DNA of 64,000 nucleotides, taken from positions 167,278,001-167,342,000 of the forward strand of contig NC_086097.1 of NCBI RefSeq assembly GCF_963921235.1. Direction: 5' to 3'. The DNA is from Mobula hypostoma. Lineage: Eukaryota. The position numbers were made by a program, and so were the translations under genes. How positions within the stretch are numbered: position 1 is the stretch's first letter; each line of letters opens with the position of its first letter. Below the pieces are notes generated by a model, which searched no databases, was not told the DNA's origin, and saw only the letters and a program-made list of their open reading frames with translations. Of this stretch, positions 11,766-22,903 are shown piece after piece.

Positions 11766-12454
11766 AGATTAGATTATGAGAACACTCAGTCCTCTTTTAT
11801 TGTCAATTAGAAATGCATACATGCATTAAGAAATGATACAATGTTTCTCCGGAGTGATATCACAGAAAACAGGACAAACCAAAGACTAACACTGACAGAA
11901 CCACATAATTATAACATATAGTTACAGCAGTGCAAAGCAATACCATAATTTGATGAAGAACAAACCATGGGCACGGTAAATAAAGTCTCAAACGTCCCCG
12001 AGTCGATCGACTCCTGAGTCCCCGATAGCGGCGGCAAAAGGGAGAAACTCCCTGCCATAAACCTCCAGGCACCGTCAACTCGCTGATGCCTTGGAAGCAA
12101 CCGACCACAGCCGACACTGAGTCCATCTGTCCAAAAACTTCAAGCTTCTGACCAGCCTCTCCGATACAGCCTCCCGAGCGCCATCCTCCGCTGAGCGCCT
12201 TCGACCTCGCCCCAGCCACTGAAAGAAGCAAAGCCGAGGATTCGGGGCCTTCTGCTCCGGAGATTCTGGTTACCACACAGTAGCAGCAGCAGCGAAGCGG
12301 GCGTTTCAGAAGTTTCTCCAGATGTTCCTCCGTACTCTCACGTCTGTCTCCATCAAATCAGAATTGTGCACGGTCTCCTACTTGACAGATAACAGACATC
12401 ACCATCAAAGTGTCCGCGTGCACTGCCGTCGCGCTGCCATCTTCTCCAGTACTT
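11766..12454 (-). mobile_element. Young CpG-rich non-autonomous (bipartite) LINE-derived element
   Basis: Minus-strand start GGAGAAGATGGCAGCGCG, AATAAA and an (AATCT)n tail, TCAAATC duplicated at 11759-11765 and 12455-12461, no RT coding sequence. Confidence 0.7.
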
Positions 12455-12494
12455 TCAAATCTGTTACTTTCGAAAAGTTTGCAATTTCTCCTCA

Positions 12495-12830
12495 AGATGT
12501 ACAACACAAGAAGAGGTCCTTTAGGCCTCTGAGTCTGCACTAATCACCATGTCCCTATTAACCCTAAACCTACGCAATTCATTTCATTCTCCCTCCACCC
12601 TCCCCATTCTTCTCAACCTCCTTTCTGATTCTACCACTCGTCTACACTAGGGGCAATCTATAGTGGCAATTGACTGATAAAGCAGCACATACCTGGGATG
12701 TGGGAGGGAACTGGAGCACGTGGAGGAAACCTACGTGGTCATGAGGAGAATGCGCAAACTCCACACAGCGTCTGCACCAGAGGTAAGGATTGAACCTGGG
12801 ATGCTGGAACTCTGAGTGTGCACCGCAGCT
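12495..12830 (-). mobile_element. HE1-like SINE (tRNA head, V-like core, CR1-type tail)
   Basis: B box on the minus strand (ggattgaacctggg on plus), core ggaactggagcacgtggaggaaacctacgtggtcatgaggagaatgcgcaaactccacacag, CR1-like tail. Confidence 0.7.
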
Positions 12831-13771
12831 GGGTTGGCATTTTGGGCATAATGCTTCCAATGATTTAATAAGAAAAATTAAAAAAAAACATGAAATGTAA
12901 CATGTTGAAGATCTCTGACCGCAAGGAGACAGCTAGTAATTAAATTGCTAGATATCTCCTTGTGGTAAATTTCCACTTCATGGTTGGTAAGCTGGTGGAG
13001 AGGACTGTGTTTGTACTGTGGAATTCACCTCATTGTAATTCTGTTGAAAGCAAACAGACACATAAACTCAGGGTAGGACTAAGTCACTCAGCCCCTCAAG
13101 CTTGCTCTACATTAGTACGATTATATCTGACAATGACCTTAACTCTACATTCCCACCCATCTGTGGTGACCTTTTTAACCCTTTCATTATCAAAATCCCA
13201 TCTATCATCAAAGACTCAGCTCAGAAAATTCCATACACCCACCATCCTCAGATAGAATGTAGTTCACCACATCTCTGCCTTAAGTAGGCAACCCCATACC
13301 TTTAAACAGTGACAAGAGTCACTGTCAAGTCAAGTCCCGTGTGGAGAGTCCTCTCCAGTCAAGTCCCGTCATTCCAGTAGATACAACCTCGTCCATCACA
13401 CTTTACTCATTAAAAATGCATCCTTCCAGATATTATTCAGTTAAACCTTCCGAGCTGCTCCCAATGCATTTCCCCAATTATACTCTGACGCAGCCCTTTC
13501 TGGAATAGTTTACATGTCTGGTCTCCCTGTGAGAGGAGGAGAATCACCAAACTGATTGAGGGATGGTGAATCTGTTGCATGGGGAAAGGTTAAGCAAATA
13601 AGGCCTAATGTTGCTGTCACAGCCTAATCCTACAGTTCTCTCTGTGAGCTTCATCCAAACAAAGTTGAATACAGTTATTCAGTGCATTTTAGGGAGAGGT
13701 TGACATATATTTAAGTAACTGAGAGATATGGGGTTAGTGCTGTAATGCTGAGGTTAAAGATCAGCCATTAT

Positions 13772-14017
13772 TGTTGTGTTTTGTAACTCCCAAAACTAAT
13801 TGAAAGAAAAAACTAAGGAGAGCTGGGGATAACTCGTGTTAAGTTTCATTTCTATTTTGGGGAGGCACGCATTTATAACATGGTGGTGCGGTGACTTATC
13901 CCATTCATACACTTTTACATATAACCCATGATAAATCATGTAAAGAACAAAGAATGCTAATCAAACAATATATTTACAAGATAACTCAAATATTATGGAA
14001 ATCTTAAAGACACAGCA
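13772..14017 (-). mobile_element. Solo LTR inserted in an old CR1 3' end
   Basis: TG...CA ends (TGTTGTGT / ACACAGCA), flanked by ATTAT and ATGAT (5-bp TSD with one mismatch). Confidence 0.6.
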
Positions 14018-14029
14018 ATGATCCTATTG

Positions 14030-16205
14030 AAACTACACAAAATATTAGAGGAACTTAGCAGCTCAGGTAGCATCTATGGAAATGGATAAACAGTTGACGT
14101 TTCCAGCTGAGACCCTTCTTCAGGATTGGAAAGGAATTGGGGAGACAGCAGAATAAGAAGTTGAGGGAGGAGAAGAATGATAGCTAGAAGGTGATAGGTT
14201 GTGGTAGAAGTGGTTAAAACTAGTGTATGATGGGAATCTTGACTATCCTGGATCAGCTGGGCTTAAGACTGCTGATGCGTGTCGAGAATAACCTTGGATG
14301 ACAAGTGCAGTACCAGGAACTCCAATAAATAAGATACTCGGCCCCTGGAACAAGGAGGGAGGATGCCTCTGGGGGTAAGTTATGAGTCCTGATAACAGGA
14401 GGCAGGAAGAACCATCGCGCTGAGAGATAATTGACATCTCTTTTAAACAATTGATCATGTATTGATCATGTACTGACCCGTGGGATGCCAAACAAAGTTA
14501 TGTGAAGCTGTTTGTCTTGCTGTATAAATATGAGCTCAGTACAACCTAAAAATCAGAGTTCTGTTGGTGTTGGAAACTGCTGCAGACTGTCCATGGTATC
14601 ATATTAATAAACTCTTAAAACAAAACTCAAAGTCACTCTGGTGTTCTTAGTTAGTGTTTCCACAACACAGGTAAAGCAAGGTGGTCAAGAACGGTATAGG
14701 GCTGGAGTTGAAGGAATCTGTTAGGAGAGGAGAGTAGACCATAGGAGAAAGGGAAGGAGGAAGGGACTGACTGGGAAGTGATAGGCAGGTGAGAAGAGGT
14801 AAGAGGCCAGAGTGGGGATTAGAAAAAGGGCGGAGAGGGAGAGAATTTTCTTTTACCGGATAGAAAAATCAATATTTGATCTATCAGGTTGGAGGCTACC
14901 TAGACGGAATGTAAGGTGTTGCTCCTCCACCCTGAGGGTGGCCTCATCATGGCACAGGAGGAGGCCATGGACCAACATGTCTGAATGGGAATGGGATTGG
15001 GAATTAAAATGCTTGGCTACTGGGAAGTTCTGTTCTTGGAGAATGGAGTGAGGTGTTCGACAAATCAGCCACCCAATTTACAATGAGTCTCTCACCAATG
15101 TAGAGGAGGCCACATCAGGAGCACCAGATACAACAGACAACCCCAGCAGATTCACAGGCGAAGTGTTGCCTCACGTGGAAGGACTGTTTAGGGCCTTCAA
15201 TGGAGGTGAGGGAGGAGGTGCATGGGCAGGTGTAGCACTTAGGTCTCTTGCAGGGATAAGTGCCGTGAGGGAGATTAGTGGGAAGGGACAAATGGACAAG
15301 GGAATCTCAGAGGGAGCAATCCCTATGGAAAGTGGGGGTGAGGTAATGATGTGTTTAGTGGTAGGATCCTTTTGGAGATGGTGGAAGTTGTGGAGGATAA
15401 TGTGTTGGAGGTGGAGGCTCATCGGGTGGTGGGTAAGGACAAGAGAACTCTATCCCTGTTACTGTGGTGGGAAAATGAGCAAGCGTGTATGCCTGGGAAA
15501 TGGAGGAGATGAGGGTGAGGGCAGCATCAATGGCGGAGGAAGGAAGACCCTGTTTTTTGAAGAAGGAGGGCATTCTGGAAAGGAATTGGTGAGACCCGTC
15601 AAAAACTATGGGTGGCTTCGTTGAAAACCTCTGCTCCATCCACAAAAGCCCAACTTCAAAGTAGCCCAACATTTTAATTCCAATTCCAATTCCTGTTCTG
15701 ATATGTCATTCCATGGCCTCATCTTGTGCCACAATGAAGCCACCCTCAGGATGGAGGAGCAACACCTTATATTCTGTCTGGGTAGCCTTCAATCTGATGG
15801 CATGAATGTTGACTTCTTCCGGTAAAAAAAATTTCTCTCCCCCTCCCCTCTTCTTCTATTCCCCACTATGGCCTCTTACCTGTTCTCTCCGGCTTATCAT
15901 CTCCTCCCTGATGCCTCTCATCTTCCCCTTTCTCCTATGGTCCACTCTCATCTCCTATCAGATTCCTTCCTCTCCAGCCCTATACCTTTCTTACCCACAT
16001 GGCTTCACCTAACACCTTCTAGCTATTTTTCTTCCCTTCCCCCACCTTTTTATTCTGGCATCTTCCCCCTTCCTTTCCAGTCCTGAAGAAGGGTCTCGGC
16101 CCGAAACATCAGTTGTTTGTTCATTTCTATAGAAGTTGCCTGACCTACAGAGTTCCTCCACCATTTTGTGTATGTTGCTTTAGATTTCGAGCATCTGCAG
16201 AATAA
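14030..16205. mobile_element. Penelope-like element, inverted (minus then plus) arrangement
   Basis: Minus arm 14030-~15580 carries RT C-terminal and GIY-YIG remnants. Plus arm starts ~15585 at IGETR and ends in a pLTR with cctgaagaagggtctcggcccgaaac at 16082-16107. Confidence 0.8.
14200..14667 (+). mobile_element. Solo LTR nested in PLE
   Basis: TGTGGTAGAA...TTCCACAACA ends, TATA-like tataaata near 14523, AATAAA at 14606-14611, flanks TAGGT/CAGGT. Confidence 0.75.
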
Positions 16206-16839
16206 TTTGTGTTAATGTTCTCACTGCATGGCATTACAATGGCAAAGGACCAAATGGACTGTTTCTGCTAAATCTTTAATTCTTATGGATGCTGATGGCA
16301 CATAGCTGAACTCCTCCACCACCTATATTCCTCATCTCCTTCACATCCTCTGCGTTCTAGAACTTGGACAAGATTTGCTCTTCCCTAGTTAAGCATGGGA
16401 AAATCAGAAGCCACTGAGGTGACCTTTGTTCTCTATAGGTACTGTACGTGGAAGATGGCAATGTGTGCACATTGAGCTACATAGAGTGAAATTTACTCCA
16501 TGAAATTGACTCAGTGGAGCCACATTAGAAAAACAGAACCGGAGTCAGCTAAGTTACTACGTACTTTCTGTTAAATGCCTACAATAGTGAATGAGTTTCT
16601 AGCTCTCTGTACACATTCTCCCACCATAATTCTGAACATCTCACCTCGGAACATCATAACTTCCTTCTGAGCACTTAGCATCTGTCTGGAATCAACACTG
16701 ATCTTTCCTGTTTCAGGTAAACGTCCTCTCATTGTTTCCCATTATCATGCTCCTTTCCTTTTCTCCCTCTCATTTCAATAAAATGCTTCCCTAATGGCCA
16801 GTCCTCACGTAATCTGTATTAACCCATCTCCATGCAGTG

Positions 16840-17295
16840 CGTCCCCTCTCTATCAGCTTGACCAAGCATACACTAGGTGACTGCTTTGCCAAATAGCTAC
16901 ACTCTGTCCGCAAAACCATTCTTGAATTCCTGCTGCATGCGGTTTCAGCTTCCCCTCCCCATTCAAACACCGTCCTGTTTGTCCTCGACCTCCTCCACGG
17001 CCAGGGTGAGGCCAAATGTAGACGAACAGAGAGACTCCTCATATTCCACGTGGGTAGTCTACCACCGATGGCATGAACATTGAATTTTTCAATTCCAGGT
17101 AAACTGCAGCACTCTGTGTTTCTTCCTCTCCATTGATTGATGCAGGATTTCTTACCTTCAGTTCTTCCCAACCCACCCCCCACCGGTAGCACCACTGCTC
17201 CTTTCCTCTCCCGCACTGTTTCCATCTGCCCATCATCCCTCCATAATTCAGTACAACATCGCCTTCTTTACTTATCAGATATCAGAATATGTCGC
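16840..17295 (+). mobile_element. PLE GIY-YIG 3' fragment
   Basis: catattccacgtgggtagtctaccaccgatggcatgaacattgaattttt, homologous to 15770-15815 and 26205-26260. Confidence 0.65.
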
Positions 17296-17314
17296 CCTTT
17301 GTTATCTGCACTTA

Positions 17315-18110
17315 AAGATTCAAAAGAGCATTTATTATCAGAGGATGTATAAAATGTACAACCTTGAGATTTGTCTTCTTTTACGCAGACACAAAGCAAG
17401 AAACCTGAAAGAACCCAATTAAAAAAAGAAAAACTGAATAAGAAAGACCAACATCCAATGCACAGAGAAACAGAAAAAACACAAATTATGCAAACAATAA
17501 GAAATTTATTGATCCTGACTGTGAAATTATTTCATTACAACAGCAACATTTAAAGACACAGCGAGCAATAATAATAACTAGTAATCAAGTACAGAATAAT
17601 ATACACAATAGAAGCAAGCAACAGCATTCTGGACCAAACTGAGCCAATAAACCCTGAATCCACAGAGCAGCTGGAGTAGGCCGAAAGCCTCAGTTCATCA
17701 GATAGCGGGGCAAATCTCCATGAAGCTCATACACATGAAGCACGTTACAACGGGAGCAGTTTCACAGCCTCAGCGCCATGGAGAGAGGAGTGAACACTGT
17801 GGGACACTGAGCGAAATTGGCCTGATCCTCACCTCCAGTCATGACACCCTGCTTTTCCAATCTATCTGGGCCGGCATTTAAATTGTCCAACCACTGGGTA
17901 ATGCCGTACACTAGGTCCTGGGCCCCACCACAGCGATATGATCCGGGTCTAGACCTCACCACCCAGCCTGAAGCCATTCCTGACATCTCCAAATTGGCTT
18001 AGCGCTAAGAGCAATCTAACCTTGCACCCAGGTGAGGTAGATGGGCATCGAATCTCCTCTGCCTCAACTCCTCTCCAAATTGCTCATTCCAACTCCATCT
18101 CTGACAGCAA
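17315..18110 (-). mobile_element. Non-autonomous LINE-tailed element (family also at 50270-52390 and 62625-62950)
   Basis: Shared blocks tttattatca...tacaaccttgagatt, caagaaacc...gaacccaatt, gtaggcc.aaagcctc, tttaaattgtc. Confidence 0.6.
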
Positions 18111-19421
18111 CACCATCTCCATCTCCAAAACCATCTGGAACATGTTAAGCTCTGACTTTGCAACCTACCAGCACAGCTCATCCCTCAAGTTAGCCTTGCC
18201 TCTGCTCACCTCTTCATTGTTTGTGGTGATAGTTTACCGCAATTTACCTCATAAAAATTATTATCAAAGATGTTTTTAGTCATATCTCTTGCCTTTTGAA
18301 CTACCAGTAAAGCTGTTGTACAACTTCAGTAGTGCCATCTTAAGCCAGACCATCTTACATCCTTTGTTTCTTCTCAACTATCCTCTTCCCTTGCTTGGCT
18401 CTATTTGCCCCCTAGCGCCCTTCCCATTTGTTCCATCTATCACCTGCCAGACCCTACCTCTGCCTCCACGGATGCTGACTGAATCACTGAGTTCCCTCAG
18501 CAGTTTGTTTCATGCTCATTCCTCCCCAAGCTCTGCTTTGAGAACTGTAACCCCTCCACTCTTTCCCCAGTTCCGGAAAAGGGCCTCTGACCTGAAATAT
18601 TGACGATTTTTTCTTTCAGCAAATACTGCTTTACCAGCTGAGTTCTTACAGTATTTTCTGTTTTTTGTCACTGATTCTCCAGCCAGTATCTCAAGTTAAA
18701 TTAATTCTGCATCTATAATCTCCCTAAACACTGCGACTCCGAATGCCTAATATTCAAATGAAATATTAATATTTTGTCACAAAGAGTTAGAGTCACAGCA
18801 AAAAAACAGAACTTCCAATTTTATGGACTCAATGTACGGAGGGATCTTGGGGGCCAAGTCCATACCTCCCTGAAAGTGGCCACCCAAGTTGATAGGATGG
18901 TCAGGGAGGCATATGCTATGCTTGTCTTCATTGGCTGGGGCATTGAATATAAGTCAGGAAGTCATGTAGCAGCTGTATAAAAATCGTAAAGCTGCACTTG
19001 GAGTATTTAGTGCAATTCTGATTGCCCTATTGCAGGAAAGGTGTGGAAACTTTGGAATGGGTGCTGAAGATGTTTACCAGAACACTGCTTGAGGTACGAT
19101 GATTGAGCTATATGGAGAGATTGGACAAACCTGGGTTGTTTTCTCTGGAGTATTGGAGGCTGAAGGGAGATCTGAGAGAAGATTATGAGAGGCATACATA
19201 TGTTGGACAGTCAGAATCTTTTTCCAAGAATAGAAGTATCAAGTACTAGAGAACATGCATTGAAGATGAGAGGGGAAATGTTTAAAAGGGTTGTGTGGGG
19301 CAAGTTAATTATAGAGAGAGTGACAGGTGCCTGGGATGGGCTGTAAGGGGTGGTGGGGGAAGCATAGAGAATAGTGCTGTTTAACAGGCTGTTAGGCAGA
19401 CATATGCAGAGAACTGAGGTA

Positions 19422-20165
19422 CAGTGGATTTCAGTTAATCAGGGCAGCTGCTTCTTTGGGACAACTCTTAAAGAACAAAATCTATACAGGAAAATATTTC
19501 ACCAGGGTATGAGGCTCACCAGCTACCCTCTCCTGGTTGAGACCGCCTGTCAAAGTAGTGTACAGGGACGTGACCATTGTCGATTGCAAACAGCTATTTA
19601 GAGCTACAGGTGAGAGCTGAGTGTCCGATGGGGACCTAAGGTGAGTGAACTGCCGCAGAATGGACACAACAAGCCCTTCACCACAACACCCCATATGCAG
19701 CAGCGTACACCAGATGAATTCCTCTGTTGATAACTATTAGGAAGCTTTGGACACTACCTCACTTATTTATATATACAGTATTTCTGTTTTTGCACATTTA
19801 AAAAAATCTATTCAATATACAGTAAATAATTGATTTACTTGTTTATTTATTATTATTATGTTTTTCTCTCTCTTTGCTAGATTATGTATTGCATTGAACT
19901 GGGGCTGCTAAATTAACAAATTTCACATCACATGCCAATGATAATAAACCTGATTCTGAATCTGATTTTAATACGTAGTTTTATAGTACTGTAGTAGCAT
20001 TGGTAGTGCTCTAATTTGTTCTGTATTTCATTTAAGTACATAATTTGTTACTCAGTTAAACTGTAGTTTTAACTATTTCCATGAAACTTCAGCTGATTGG
20101 GGCAGCAGCTTAATCAGGCCAAAATGAACTGGTCCTGATATGTCCTAATCAATTGGAATGCACTG
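19422..20165. mobile_element. Tc1/mariner-pogo-type MITE with nested RTE-like and Rex1 fragments
   Basis: TA|CAGTGGATTTCAGTTAATCAG ... CTAATCAATTGGAATGCACTG|TA: imperfect TIRs with a TA duplication. Confidence 0.6.
19500..19692 (-). mobile_element. RTE 5'UTR-like fragment (same family as 11140-11665)
   Basis: Reverse complement aligns by eye to 11175-11355. Confidence 0.55.
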
Positions 20166-20974
20166 TATATAAATCAGCACAGGCAGAATAGAATTAATTA
20201 ATTCCATATCAGGTTCTGCACAGACATTGTAGTTGAAAGGGTCTGTTCCTGTGCTATACTGTTCTAAGAAATCTTTGAGTTCATTGTGTTTTTGTTTTCA
20301 GAAATTATGCCTTTTAATTTTCATTCTCACAGCTATTTAAGGATTCTAAAGGAAGTAATTAATGTAGGACAGAAAGAAGCATTGTCTATCTTAAAGCCAA
20401 AATAAACCTAATTGTAATGTTCTATATTGATCAGAATAATAGCCTTGGGGAGCACATTGAGGATCTGGAAGGATGTCAATCTACATTCACCTTAATGAAG
20501 ATAAGGCTTGTCACTTGAGTGAGCTCTTTCTAACCAGTAGGCTAATGTTGCTTTGCAGGCTACTTCCTGAATAGCAAAGCATAGATTATCTCTTCAAATT
20601 TAAGAGATTTTTAAAAAAACATCCGCAATTATTCTCTCATGTGACATGGGCCTGAAAACATCAGACTTTATAATTTTGGTCATCTCAATATTTTGAATAA
20701 GTGTTAAAATCTTCAGTAAAGAAGATGCTTAGTTGTGGCAGCATTTAGACCTAACTCATTATTATATAGTACATGTGGGATAAGATGTTTCTTCAAAAGC
20801 TGGTACGACAAAGTTAGTTCTATTATTTGCACTTCACCAACAGGCATTCGTCTTTCCATAAGAATTTCTTACTGATAAGGAACACAATAAAATAGGACTG
20901 ATCTATTGAAGCAAATTGGTTATGTTGCCACCATAAATAATAATAATTGGATGAAAAAGAAGTCCAAAGAAACT

Positions 20975-21106
20975 TCACTCCAGTCCTGCCAAAGGTTCTT
21001 GGCCCGAAACATTGACTCTACTCTTTTCCATAGTTTCTGTCTGGCCTGCTGAGCTCCTCCAAGTGTGTTGCTTGGATTTATAGCATCTACAGATGTTCTC
21101 TTGTTT
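20975..21106 (+). mobile_element. PLE terminal repeat remnant
   Basis: cagtcctgccaaaggttcttggcccgaaacattgact...ctggcctgctgagctcctcc. Confidence 0.65.
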
Positions 21107-21469
21107 GCCAGAAGAAATTTTGATGTCTCCAATAAAGATGTATTTTATCTTGAACGGCACACACAAAATGCAGGAGGAAATATGCATTTTGTATGGGTTA
21201 CTCAGGAAATAAACAAGTCAGACAGTCATCTGTGGAGGGGAATGATTAGTCAACATTCACAGAACTGTAAATTATTTAGCTACACTAGGATGGTTCTCTG
21301 AGTTTCAGCTGAACAATCCATGCTGCTGTAACAAGTACCAGCCCCCAACCTCATGCATACCCACACTTCTGCTTGAAACTACTATTCAAAGAGCTGATTT
21401 TTATCAGTCAGTTACCAGCCAGATGTGGAACTGACACAGCCTTCCATTTGGGTTGGGATTCACATCAAT

Positions 21470-22050
21470 TCAGAGACGCGAGAGATTGCAGATGCTGAAA
21501 CCTTGAGTATCGCACAAAACGCTGAAGGAACTCAATGGGTCGGACTGTATCTTTGTAGGGAAATAGACAATCACTGTTTCAGGCCAAGACCCTTCATCTG
21601 GACAGAAGGACAGAGAGGAGATAGCCAGTATAAATAGAAGGAAGGAAGAGGTGGAGCAAGAGCGAGCGAAGAGGTGACAGGTGGATCCAGATGAGCAGGA
21701 GATAGGCAGATGGGTGGGGGTGTGGGGCTGGATAGTTAGAATGCCATGAGAAGCTGGGAGGTGATAGGTGGAAGTGACAAGGGGCTGAAGATGGTGGTAT
21801 TTGATAGGAGAAGAAGGTGGTGCATAGAATAAAGCAAGGGAGTAGGGACATGTAGACAATGGACAGCTGGAGAGACTGGGGGAGGGGAAAGAGATTATGG
21901 AGATGGTGGCTAGGTAGGTCAGGCGAAGGGAGAAAGGAGGAAAGGAACAGCCAGGAAGCAATTATCAGAAGTTGGAGGATTCACTGTAATGTTACTATGT
22001 TGCAGACTTACTGGGTGGAATATGAGGTTTTGTTCCTCTACTCTTTGTTT
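21470..22050 (-). mobile_element. PLE 3' fragment
   Basis: gattgcagatgctg...gtttcaggccaagacccttcatc, a purine-rich body, then the GIY-YIG tail. Confidence 0.65.
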
Positions 22051-22903
22051 AGCCCTATTTTCCTCTCTTTCAGAAGTTGAGATTGGACACTAATTAGTGG
22101 AAGGAACACACACAAAATGCTGGAGGAACTCAGCAGATTGGGTAGCATCTATTGAAAAGTGTATATAGTCAACGTTTCAGGCCAAGACCCTTCATCAGGC
22201 GAGGGAGTCTGATAGGAGAGGGTAGAAGGCCATGGAAGATAGGGAAGGAAGAGGAGCTCCAGAGGGGTTGATGGGCAGGTAAGGAGATAAGATGAGAGAA
22301 GGAAACAGGAGTGGCAAGTAATGAAGGAGGGCTGGGGGTGGGGGGCAATTACTGGAAGTTGAAGAAATTGATGTTTATGCCATCAGGTTGGAGGCTACCC
22401 GGATGAAAGAGAAGGTGTTGCTCCTCCAACCTGAGTGTGGCCTCCAGCACATAATTCTCTGTAACTTCCATCATCTCCAATGGGATCCCAGCGCCATGCA
22501 CATCTTTCCCTTCCCCAAAGTTTCTGTGGGATCATTCCCTACACTGCTCCCTTGTCCACTTGTCCCTCGGCACTGATCTCCCTCCTGTACTTATCCTTGC
22601 AGGTGGAACAAGTGCCACTCCTGCCCCACACCTCCTCCCTCACTACAATTCTGGGCCCCAAACAGTCCTTCCAGGTGAGGTGACACCTCACCTGAGTCTG
22701 TTGGGGTTATCTACTGTATCCGGTGCTCCCAGTGTGGCCTCCTGTATATTGGTGAGACCTGATATAGATTGGGAGACTGCTTCACCAAGCACCTACCAGA
22801 AAAATCCAGAAAAAGTGGAATCCAGTAGCCAACTATTTTAATTCTACTTCCCATTCCCATTCTGACATGTCAGTCCATAGCCTCTACTGCTGCAATGAGG
22901 TCA

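Larger units (their letters stand above)
18820..20268 (+). mobile_element. Old CR1 3' fragment interrupted by a MITE
   Basis: RRDLGGQVHTSLKVATQVDRMV remnant. The tail gtctgttcctgtgctatactgttcta resumes after 20167. Confidence 0.75.

Noticed and set aside
17675..17705. CTGATGA on the minus strand near a GAAA-containing hairpin, as a possible hammerhead
   Set aside because: The core elements lie on opposite strands and the required stems are absent.
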